Source of the DNA: a virus
Taxonomy: Duplodnaviria > Caudoviricetes
Direction: 5' to 3' (one strand)
DNA: 55,266 nt
IMG/VR virus record: IMGVR_UViG_3300047560_002167
Span: 1 to 55,266 of that record
Under the pieces are notes generated by a model. The model ran no database searches. It had not been told where the DNA came from and worked only from the letters and a program-made list of their open reading frames with translations. The translations under genes and the position numbers were made by a program. Position 1 is the first letter of the stretch. The number at the start of each line of letters is the position of its first letter. Below, piece by piece: positions 47,712 through 55,266 of this stretch.

Positions 47712-48412
47712 ACTTATATCGTAGTAACAACACACAAGTAGACGCTGCCTACATCATTACTGTTAAAGGTAATAGTAACAGCGAAAAGTATTCAAAGCAA
47801 TGTCAAGAAAGTTGCGAGAAAGTAGAGATGCCATATGTAGTATGGGATGCATACGATGGTACTTCTCCTGGACAAATCATTCCACCTGAGAATCTAAGGA
47901 ATGACAGATTTATGAACATGATTAAGATCACCGACCACTATCTTACTAGAGGTGAAGTAGCATGTGCATTAAGTCATATCAGCCTATGGGAGCATTGTGC
48001 AGCGATTGACAAACCTATCGTTATCTTAGAGCATGATACAGTGATGCTTCGCAAGTTTTCTGAGCACCAAAGCTATAACACTATTTGTTATCTAGGTGGT
48101 GCTGAGTGGGCACAGCAAGGTTGGAAAGTATATCCTATCCCACCTCATGCTAGTGAAGGTCCCAATTACTTGTTTATTTGTCGTGCCCATGCATACAGTA
48201 TTGATCCTCAAATGGCTAAGAACTTACTCAGTTACGTATTAAAGATGGGAATAAGTGCTCCATTAGATATTATGCTTCGAGCAGATTTGTTTGCGATTGT
48301 ACATCAAGGCTTGTATGCCGCTGACGTAATGAGCGACAAAACTGATACTACTATCGCAGCTAGACCGTTCGAGGGTAGAACTACTAAACGCAACGATAAA
48401 TTAGAATGGTAA
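47708..48412 (+). CDS. Glycosyltransferase family 25-like protein
   Basis: The GT25 signature is present as DAYDG...LTRGEVACALSHISLWEHC...IVILEHD...AHAYSI...PLD. ATGA overlap with the upstream gene. Confidence 0.8.
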   Translation: MNLYRSNNTQVDAAYIITVKGNSNSEKYSKQCQESCEKVEMPYVVWDAYDGTSPGQIIPPENLRNDRFMNMIKITDHYLTRGEVACALSHISLWEHCAAIDKPIVILEHDTVMLRKFSEHQSYNTICYLGGAEWAQQGWKVYPIPPHASEGPNYLFICRAHAYSIDPQMAKNLLSYVLKMGISAPLDIMLRADLFAIVHQGLYAADVMSDKTDTTIAARPFEGRTTKRNDKLEW

Positions 48413-48420
48413 AGTCGAGG

Positions 48421-48440
48421 TCAGATAAGTAATTGTCTGA
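48421..48440 (+). promoter_or_regulatory. Hairpin (8-bp stem, GUAA tetraloop) overlapping an ATAAGTA word and the start codon
   Basis: tcagataa-gtaa-ttgtctga pairs fully, with one U-G pair. Its last base is the A of the ATG at 48440, and GAGG lies immediately upstream. Confidence 0.45.
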
Positions 48441-48874
48441 TGAACGTATTTCAATTGAACTATGATGCTAGACTTAGAAGCTGGTACGACTTAAGAGCCG
48501 AAATTGACGGCACCCTAATCCAAAATAAATGTGTAGAGATCGACAATTGGTGGCAAAAAGCCCCTCTTGTCAATCACCATTTGCATCCACAAGATACTGA
48601 AGTTTGGCCCGGACCCTGGGATCTTTTGGTAGAAAACACCTATTGTACTGTTGCAAGAGCATTAGGAATGTGTTATACTTTATTACTAACAGGGATAGAT
48701 GACATTGAAATAGTAGAAGCAACAGATAGAATGGGCGAGGACGTTACATTAGTCCTTGTTGACAACGCAAAATATGTGCTTAATTACTGGCCCGATACGG
48801 TACTAAGTAATAATCTAACAGACTTTACAATCAAGCGCTCCATAGATATTTCAAATCTAAAAACAAAAATATAA
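48440..48874 (+). CDS. Conserved hypothetical phage protein (144 aa), possible transglutaminase-like fold
   Basis: Clean ORF filling the gap between genes. Motif pattern WPGPWDLL...YC...ALGMCYTLLLTG...LVLVD...YVLN. Confidence 0.7.
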   Translation: MNVFQLNYDARLRSWYDLRAEIDGTLIQNKCVEIDNWWQKAPLVNHHLHPQDTEVWPGPWDLLVENTYCTVARALGMCYTLLLTGIDDIEIVEATDRMGEDVTLVLVDNAKYVLNYWPDTVLSNNLTDFTIKRSIDISNLKTKI

Positions 48875-48884
48875 TAGGTGAAAA

Positions 48885-51224
48885 ATGAATAACATTAACG
48901 TAGTTAAACGTGATGGGACAACCGTCCCTCTAGATATCTCAAAGATACAAAGACAAGTAGCATACGGGTGCAGGGGGATAGATAACGTATCTCCTAGTAT
49001 GATTGAAATCAAAGCACAAATCGAATTACATGATGGAATGACTACTAAGACAATTGATGAACTATTGCTTAAAGCAATGGTAAATTTAATTGATGAAACT
49101 GAAAACTCTGATATCAATAACGTTAACTATCAACAAGTAGCAGGACGTCAAAAAGTCTCTATGCTACGTAAAGAAGTCTATGGAGACTATAATCCACCTA
49201 AGTTATATGAAATCGTTCAAAAGAACGTAAAAGAACAGATGTATACACCTGAGCTATTAGAGTGGTATTCAGAAGACGAATGGAACATAATTGATTTGTT
49301 TATTGACCATAGCAAGGACGAAAATTACACCTATGCGGCTATCGCCCAATTGGCAGAAAAGTACTTAGTGCAGAACCGTGCTACTGGTCAAATCTATGAG
49401 ACACCACAAGTTCGTTATGCTATCGCAGCGGCGACAGCTTTCCATAACGAACCCAAAGAAAACAGATTAAAATATGTAAAGGAATATTATGAAACAGCCA
49501 GTGACGGTCACTTTACTCTTGCTACACCCGTTCTTGCAGGTCTTGGTACACCTACGAAGCAATTTAGTTCGTGTGTTCTCATTAGTGCTGATGATACATT
49601 GGATTCTATTTTCGCAGCCGGAGAGATGATGGCTAAGTATGCCAGCAAACGTGCAGGCATTGGCTTAGAGATTGGACGTATTCGTCCAGTTGGCGCGCCC
49701 ATTCGTGGTGGCGAAATCAAGCATACGGGTCTTATACCATTCTTGAAGAAGTGGTTTGGCGACTTGCGTTCATGCTCACAAGGTGGTATTCGTAACGCTA
49801 GTTGTACAGTTACATTGCCAGTTTGGCACTATCAGTTCGAAGACTTCATTGTATTAAAGAACAATCAGGGTACGGAAGAAACACGTGTACGTCAAATGGA
49901 CTACTCAATCGTAGTCAACAAGATGTTCTTTAATCGTTATAAGAATCAAGAGAACATTACATTGTTTGATCCACATGAAGTTCCAGACTTGTATGAAGCA
50001 TTCTATCGTGACACGGAAGAATTCGAAACATTATACAAGCATTATGAACATAAGCGTGGCATCAAAAAGAAAGTGTTGCCAGCAGTTGAAATCTTTAAGA
50101 ATGGTATCCTTAAAGAACGTACAGATACAGGTCGTATCTATCTAGTATTCATTGACAACGTTATTAATCAAGGTCCTTTTGATACGAAAGTTGACCCGAT
50201 TTATCAGAGTAATCTATGTCAAGAGATATTATTACCTACTAAACCCTTCCAACGCATTGAAGACGAGGCAGGACGTATTGCCCTCTGTACATTGGGCAGT
50301 GAAAACTGGGGAGCGTTTAAGACGCCCCAAGAAATGCGTAAGAGTTGTAGAGTATTAGTAAGAAGTCTAAGTAATCTCCTTAGCTATCAAGACTTTCTAT
50401 CAGTGCAAAGTCGTCTAGCTAACTTAGAATTCGAGCCTCTTGGTATAGGTATTACAAACTTAGCATACTGGCATGCAAAGCGTGGGTTGAAGTATGGCTC
50501 ACCTGAAGCATTAGCAGAAGTTAAACGATGGATGGAACATCAAGCATATTATCTAATCGAGGCTTCAGTTGAATTAGCAAAAGAAAAAGGTGCATGTCAA
50601 AAGTCAGCACAAACATACTACGGTAAGGGCATTTTCCCGTGGGAACGTAGAAGTGAAGGAGTTAACGAACTCACAGACTTCTCACCTAGTTCTACGTTAG
50701 ATTGGGAAGGCTTGCGCCAGAAGTTATTGCAATATGGCATTCGCAATGCTACACTAATGGCTGTAGCACCAGTTGAATCATCGTCAGTTGTATTGAACTC
50801 AACAAATGGTATTGAAATGCCAATGGAACTAATCAGTGTGAAAGAATCTAAAGCAGGTTCATTCGTACAAGTTGTTCCAGAGTACAAGAGATTGAAGAAC
50901 CGTTATCAACTAATGTGGGATCAACGTGATTGTATCGACTATCTAAAGACAGCCGCAGTTATTGCAGCATACGTGGATCAGTCACTAAGTACTAACACAT
51001 TCTATAATCCTGCGTTCTTTGAGAAGGGTAAAGTTCCCGGAACATTGGTAGCTAAGAATCTAATGCTTGCATACAAGTGGGGCATTAAAACAATGTACTA
51101 TTCATTAATTAATAAAGTAGGATCAAAAGCAGTACTACAAGAAGATAACGTTATTCCATTCGTCAAGCATGATCCATTCTTGGCAGAGATGATGGATGAA
51201 GACTGCGAGGCATGTAAACTATGA
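48885..51224 (+). CDS. nrdA: Ribonucleoside-diphosphate reductase class Ia, alpha subunit
   Basis: N-terminal ATP cone (VVKRDG). Catalytic motifs FSSCVL, QSNLCQEI and IALCTL, the radical-relay TMYY and a C-terminal CEAC are all present. Confidence 0.97.
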   Translation: MNNINVVKRDGTTVPLDISKIQRQVAYGCRGIDNVSPSMIEIKAQIELHDGMTTKTIDELLLKAMVNLIDETENSDINNVNYQQVAGRQKVSMLRKEVYGDYNPPKLYEIVQKNVKEQMYTPELLEWYSEDEWNIIDLFIDHSKDENYTYAAIAQLAEKYLVQNRATGQIYETPQVRYAIAAATAFHNEPKENRLKYVKEYYETASDGHFTLATPVLAGLGTPTKQFSSCVLISADDTLDSIFAAGEMMAKYASKRAGIGLEIGRIRPVGAPIRGGEIKHTGLIPFLKKWFGDLRSCSQGGIRNASCTVTLPVWHYQFEDFIVLKNNQGTEETRVRQMDYSIVVNKMFFNRYKNQENITLFDPHEVPDLYEAFYRDTEEFETLYKHYEHKRGIKKKVLPAVEIFKNGILKERTDTGRIYLVFIDNVINQGPFDTKVDPIYQSNLCQEILLPTKPFQRIEDEAGRIALCTLGSENWGAFKTPQEMRKSCRVLVRSLSNLLSYQDFLSVQSRLANLEFEPLGIGITNLAYWHAKRGLKYGSPEALAEVKRWMEHQAYYLIEASVELAKEKGACQKSAQTYYGKGIFPWERRSEGVNELTDFSPSSTLDWEGLRQKLLQYGIRNATLMAVAPVESSSVVLNSTNGIEMPMELISVKESKAGSFVQVVPEYKRLKNRYQLMWDQRDCIDYLKTAAVIAAYVDQSLSTNTFYNPAFFEKGKVPGTLVAKNLMLAYKWGIKTMYYSLINKVGSKAVLQEDNVIPFVKHDPFLAEMMDEDCEACKL

Positions 51225-52321
51225 GCAAAGAACAATATAATTTAAGCAAACCAACAAACTATCTACAACGTAAAATGTTCCTGGATCCAGAAGGTCCTGT
51301 AACTGTGCAACGTTTTGAAGAAGTTAAGTATCCTAAGCTACAGAAGTATGAAGAAACAGCACGTGGCTTCTTCTGGGTTCCAGAAGAAATTTCTCTAACA
51401 AAAGATAAGATTGACCATAAGGAATCAAGTGATGCTATTAAGCATATTTTTACTAGTAATCTTCTTCGCCAAACTGCTTTGGACTCTATACAAGGTCGTG
51501 CGCCAAGTCAAGTCTTCGGCCCCGTTTGTTCGATTCCGGAACTTGAAGCTCTTACGCTTACTTGGGGTTTCTTTGAAACTAGCATTCATTCCAAAAGCTA
51601 TAGCCACATTATTAGGAATGTCTACGGGGTACCTAAAGATGAATTCAATAAAATTCACGACACCCAAGAAATTGTCAGCATGGCAGCTAACGTTGGGCGT
51701 TACTACGAAGACTTGCATCAACTTAATTGCAAAAAAGAATTGGGACAAGACGTTGATATATACGAGCATAAGAAAGCGATTTGGCTTGCCCTCCATGCGT
51801 CATATGCACTTGAGGCATTGAGATTCATGGTATCATTCGCTACTAGTCTTGCTATGGTAGAGAATAAGATTTATATAGGCAACGGGAACATTATCTCGTT
51901 GATTCTTCAAGATGAGTTATTACATACAGAATGGACGGCATGGCTTATCAATCATGTCACAAAAGACGATGCTGACTTTGTACAGATTCAGGCTGCTACG
52001 CATCACGAAGTATATTCTATGTACATGGATGTTATTAACGAGGAAAAAGCATGGGCCGAATATCTCTTTAAAAAGGGAGTCGTCATTGGGCTCAACAGTG
52101 AGATCCTTAAAGATTTCGTTGACTATACTGCTTTCAATAAACTTAAAGATATTGGAATCAAGTACCTGGAACCTCACCCAAAGTCAAGCCCTATCCCCTG
52201 GTTCAACAAGCACGTGAACATTAACAAGAAACAATCAGCACTACAAGAGACAGAATCAACTAACTATGTTATTGGTGTTATGTCCGATGAAGTAGAGTTT
52301 GATGAATTACCAACACTATAA
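51221..52321 (+). CDS. nrdB: Ribonucleoside-diphosphate reductase class Ia, beta subunit
   Basis: Motifs FFWVPEE, LDSIQ, ETSIHSKSY (iron ligands and the radical Tyr), LEALRF, DELLH and QETESTNY. Confidence 0.97.
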   Translation: MSKEQYNLSKPTNYLQRKMFLDPEGPVTVQRFEEVKYPKLQKYEETARGFFWVPEEISLTKDKIDHKESSDAIKHIFTSNLLRQTALDSIQGRAPSQVFGPVCSIPELEALTLTWGFFETSIHSKSYSHIIRNVYGVPKDEFNKIHDTQEIVSMAANVGRYYEDLHQLNCKKELGQDVDIYEHKKAIWLALHASYALEALRFMVSFATSLAMVENKIYIGNGNIISLILQDELLHTEWTAWLINHVTKDDADFVQIQAATHHEVYSMYMDVINEEKAWAEYLFKKGVVIGLNSEILKDFVDYTAFNKLKDIGIKYLEPHPKSSPIPWFNKHVNINKKQSALQETESTNYVIGVMSDEVEFDELPTL

Positions 52322-52330
52322 AGGAACAAA

Positions 52331-52579
52331 ATGATTAAAGTATATTCAAAACCTAATTGTCAGTTCTGTGATATGTCAAAGCAACTATTAGAAAGCCGCG
52401 GCGTAGCATACGAATCTATTGATATTACACAAGACCCGGAAGCACGACAAATGCTAGTGGATGCAGGCTTCAGAAGTGTCCCACAAATCTATAACGGAAC
52501 ACATCATATCCCAGGTGGATATCAAGGTTTAGCGGGTATGTCACCCGAAGAATTCAGGGAAAAAGTAGCAAAGGAATAA
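52331..52579 (+). CDS. Glutaredoxin/NrdH-like redoxin
   Basis: YSKPNCQFC active site and RSVPQI...IPGGY. AAGGA SD, directly after nrdB. Confidence 0.92.
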   Translation: MIKVYSKPNCQFCDMSKQLLESRGVAYESIDITQDPEARQMLVDAGFRSVPQIYNGTHHIPGGYQGLAGMSPEEFREKVAKE

Positions 52580-52580
52580 C

Positions 52581-52877
52581 ATGTTAGAAACAGGTCAAGT
52601 ATACACATTTAAATTAAACTCAGGAGAAGAACTCATGGGTAAGTTCATCGAACAAATCGACAACTATCTTACAATCGAGGCTCCAGTCAGTATCGCACCG
52701 GGACCAAAGGGTATGCAACTAATGCCTAGCTTATTCACTGTAGATCCTGATGCTCAGGTTACGCTAAATACTAGTTGTGTTTCAATTTATGCTTTAACTG
52801 AAGATTCAGTTAAGATGAAGTATATTGAAGCAACTACTGGAATTCAAGTTCCAGAGAAGAAGATTTTAGTAGGATAA
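52581..52877 (+). CDS. Hypothetical protein, likely Sm-like fold (98 aa)
   Basis: TFKLNSGEELMGK...YIEATTGI matches a small protein type common in T4-like phages. Confidence 0.65.
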   Translation: MLETGQVYTFKLNSGEELMGKFIEQIDNYLTIEAPVSIAPGPKGMQLMPSLFTVDPDAQVTLNTSCVSIYALTEDSVKMKYIEATTGIQVPEKKILVG

Positions 52878-52880
52878 ACA

Positions 52881-53162
52881 ATGGCAGGGATTAGTCGTAA
52901 AGGTGACACAAATCAAATGGGCGGCGCAATTATGCGTGGCGCCGGAACTGTGTTTGCCAACGGCATCCCTGTAGGCTTACATACAAGTCAAATCACCCCA
53001 CACGCACCGTGGGGTAGACCACATCCCCCGCATGACGCGGCAGTTACTACAGACGGTAGTCCAACTGTATTTGCAGAGGGAGTTCCTGTACTACGTATAG
53101 GGTCGGGCAACAGTTGCGGACATAGCATTGTAGGTGGTTCAGGAGACGTATTCGTACCATGA
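52881..53162 (+). CDS. PAAR-domain tail spike tip protein (T4 gp5.4-like)
   Basis: ISRKGD, TVFANGIPV and GSPTVFAEGVPVLRIG...CGH...GSGDVFV, with His/Cys residues positioned as metal ligands. Confidence 0.9.
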   Translation: MAGISRKGDTNQMGGAIMRGAGTVFANGIPVGLHTSQITPHAPWGRPHPPHDAAVTTDGSPTVFAEGVPVLRIGSGNSCGHSIVGGSGDVFVP

Positions 53163-55207
53163 GTTTAACTCCATTAAAAGTTAATACAATGGGTTCATTG
53201 TTAGGTAACACGGGATTAAACATTAATCCTGATGCTGCCACTTATATGGGTACAAGTACTAGTTTAAGTACATATACTCCTGGACTAGCAGTATCTACTA
53301 CAGTGCTTGATAAACTAACACGTAGTATTCGTTTAGCATATACTAAGATCGGTACTGGGTTTGCTGATGTATCACAATCTACGTATAATAGATTAATAAG
53401 CATCGGCTCTACAACTATCCCGGCATTAGGTAATAGCTTACCTAGTACATATACAAATACATATACGGGTGAGACAACTAGCTATGGGTTCTTACGACTA
53501 ATCGCATTACAAGCATATAGAGAGTTTCATGTTAATAACGGAAGTTATACTGATTTCTTGTCTACGTTTAGAATGTGCCATAGTAAAAAATCACAACTAA
53601 ATCAAACCATTACATCATTACATAATAGCAAAACGTTTTTAGACGGCGCATATAGTAACATGAATGATTTGGTTAGTGCAGATATTACCGGTATTAACTT
53701 AAGTACGTTCTATTGGGGACAAGACTTAATCAGATCGGGTCGTGCTATTGATTTACAAAATATTGACCAATTTGGACAGCCTGACGTATTATTAAGAACA
53801 TTAAAGGCTAATAGAGCGATCGGAAGACCATTGAATATCGCATTGTTAAGTGCGGGTATTAATGGAACAGATTTAGAACTATTAACTAACGGTCAGCCAG
53901 CAACTGACGAACAGCAACGTTTACTATACGCGGCTTTCTCGTTGATTATGGATAATGACTTAAAAGATACTTTAATCCCATTAAACTGTCAGACTCCTGA
54001 TCTAACATCATTAGCTGACTTATTAGATCCTAAGAAACTATTCCCTAATAGTTATATGTCATTGAGTTATCCACAGTATAACGCAATTACATTGCCCACA
54101 AACTCAAAAACATATTATCTCTTGTATACTAACGGTACAGTTAATAGTAGACCTGATTCGGGACTGGGTGAAAGACTAATGAATATCCTACCCGACGACA
54201 TAGCATTTGCCGCTGACGCATTTAGTATGGCTATGCAACAGATTCGTAATATTCAGACTATGAATATTGAAAAGTTCAGTCAAGTTGTAATGAACCTTGA
54301 GAACGTTAACGGACTAACTGTGGGCGGAACTAATGTTCCAGTTAACTCGTCACTAGCTGACGTAGCATTGAATAGTATTGCTAAAGGATCCGGCACTAAT
54401 AATCTATACACGATGTTAGATTACTTTGGGTCTATGACTAGTTTACACTATGAGTGGAGAGACATTCAGACTAGAATCCAAGCATTACAGACAAGCAATT
54501 TAATAGGAATTTATAATTCAATTTATACATCATTGTCTGGCCCGGGCCCATATACAGATTTAGATACATTAATAACTAATGCTAATACAGAGATATCAAA
54601 TATATTAGCAAGCAAGCCAGTAGCGGCACAATTACTAATAGATGAGTACAATACATTCGGTACTCATTTAAAGAAAGAGCAAGATGCTAGAAATCTAGCA
54701 TTACCAGGACTAAGTGATTTAACAAGTAACGAAACAGATGTTATATCATTCATAGATAGTTTAGACCAATATGCACTAGAAACGGAATTCGCCGGAGCTA
54801 GCCTCACATTAGAGAATATTGCGAACATTACTATACCAGGAGGAAACTTTTTAGTAGCGTCAATGCGAGAAGCAAGAAACGCAAAACGATTAGGTTTAAC
54901 TGGAGCAGAGCTAGATAACGATGTTAATGGCACCGCTTCACTACAGTTACCTAGAATAACCGGATCAACCCTAGCGAACTCCCCGATCCCTGGTTATAAT
55001 AACTCAAGTAAGTTACAAGATGTCCCTATCGTTACGGGCGCAGCAACTACTTTGGGCAGCCTTGCGGGCAGCCCTGAAACAATGTTAATACCTGACAATT
55101 TAAGCATATTGGTTCAACCAGCTGCTAATACAGTATTAACTCCAGACGAAGCAATACTAGATGTTACATTATGTAATTGCGACTGCTGGGATAACATCGA
55201 TGATTAA
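53159..55207 (+). CDS. Hypothetical protein (682 aa), coupled to the PAAR gene
   Basis: Long clean ORF with an ATGA overlap and a C-terminal CNCDCW. No family recognised. Confidence 0.75.
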   Translation: MSLTPLKVNTMGSLLGNTGLNINPDAATYMGTSTSLSTYTPGLAVSTTVLDKLTRSIRLAYTKIGTGFADVSQSTYNRLISIGSTTIPALGNSLPSTYTNTYTGETTSYGFLRLIALQAYREFHVNNGSYTDFLSTFRMCHSKKSQLNQTITSLHNSKTFLDGAYSNMNDLVSADITGINLSTFYWGQDLIRSGRAIDLQNIDQFGQPDVLLRTLKANRAIGRPLNIALLSAGINGTDLELLTNGQPATDEQQRLLYAAFSLIMDNDLKDTLIPLNCQTPDLTSLADLLDPKKLFPNSYMSLSYPQYNAITLPTNSKTYYLLYTNGTVNSRPDSGLGERLMNILPDDIAFAADAFSMAMQQIRNIQTMNIEKFSQVVMNLENVNGLTVGGTNVPVNSSLADVALNSIAKGSGTNNLYTMLDYFGSMTSLHYEWRDIQTRIQALQTSNLIGIYNSIYTSLSGPGPYTDLDTLITNANTEISNILASKPVAAQLLIDEYNTFGTHLKKEQDARNLALPGLSDLTSNETDVISFIDSLDQYALETEFAGASLTLENIANITIPGGNFLVASMREARNAKRLGLTGAELDNDVNGTASLQLPRITGSTLANSPIPGYNNSSKLQDVPIVTGAATTLGSLAGSPETMLIPDNLSILVQPAANTVLTPDEAILDVTLCNCDCWDNIDD

Positions 55208-55234
55208 TTAATCACTCACTGTTATCGTGCTTAA

Positions 55235-55263
55235 CAACGGGCTTTTCAGCCCATTGAAAGGAG
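55235..55263 (+). promoter_or_regulatory. Small GC hairpin followed by a strong SD for a gene beyond the window
   Basis: gggct-tttc-agccc at 55239-55252, extendable by caa/ttg, followed by aaaggag at 55257-55263. Confidence 0.4.
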
Positions 55264-55266
55264 TAA

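Larger units (their letters stand above)
1..55266 (+). mobile_element. Segment of a large tailed bacteriophage genome (T4-like myovirus type)
   Basis: All credible genes are co-oriented and abutting, with ATGA/TAATG overlaps and bacterial Shine-Dalgarno sites. Content includes fibre proteins, a tail-assembly chaperone, a PAAR spike tip and nrdA-nrdB-glutaredoxin. There are no cellular housekeeping genes. Confidence 0.9.

Noticed and set aside
51411-51821. 136-aa +1-frame ORF with a hydrophobic N-terminus inside nrdB
   Set aside because: It has a TTG start and no recognisable family, and is explained by the local scarcity of TTA/CTA codons in nrdB.
48885-52321. Intein, intron or homing endonuclease in nrdA/nrdB
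   Set aside because: Both proteins are normal length with contiguous catalytic motifs, and the genes overlap directly.
1182-54933. Dozens of short minus-strand and alternate-frame ORFs in the ORF track
   Set aside because: They lie essentially within long + strand genes. Many mirror the repeat (e.g. CTGLLL is the antisense of RSSPVQ), and none shows a recognisable motif. They are shadow ORFs.
1-55207. Stop-codon reassignment (no gene here ends in TAG)
   Set aside because: All genes, including the 14-15 kb ORFs and full-length nrdA/nrdB, read through under the standard code. TGA readthrough at 29937 would not reach gene B's frame and hits TAA shortly after.
55235-55256. Intrinsic terminator after the last gene
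   Set aside because: The hairpin has no U-tract on the + strand and is followed directly by an SD, so it is recorded only as a possible regulatory hairpin.
1-55266. tRNA, rRNA or other structured RNA genes
   Set aside because: Intergenic gaps are all under about 60 nt, and I saw no cloverleaf or T-loop signature.

Overview
This is a 55 kb segment of a large tailed-phage genome, probably a T4-like myovirus. It has 19 tightly packed genes, all on the + strand, often coupled by ATGA or TAATG overlaps. Bases 1-15473 encode fibre and adhesin structural proteins: two Asn/Gly/Thr-rich fibre paralogs, an Ig + 7xLamG lectin protein, a 1063-aa virion protein, a fibre adaptor and a tail-assembly chaperone. 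Bases 15474-45307 encode two giant RCC1/BLIP-II-repeat proteins of 4821 and 5123 aa. These are followed by a glycosyltransferase/methyltransferase cluster, class Ia ribonucleotide reductase (nrdA, nrdB, glutaredoxin), an Sm-like protein, a PAAR protein and a 682-aa unknown. The main result comes from parsing the RCC1 repeats by hand: they are not a linear array but a recursively nested tree. Blocks of exactly 7 blades (twice 14) are inserted into the same loop of a host blade, up to six levels deep. The total is 182 blades, equal to 26 seven-bladed propellers. The count closes only when both giant genes are read together: the gene boundary falls inside a blade, and the root propeller uses the N-terminus of gene 1 and the C-terminus of gene 2. 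Family calls come from motif recognition by eye. No database search or structure prediction was run, so novelty is unconfirmed.
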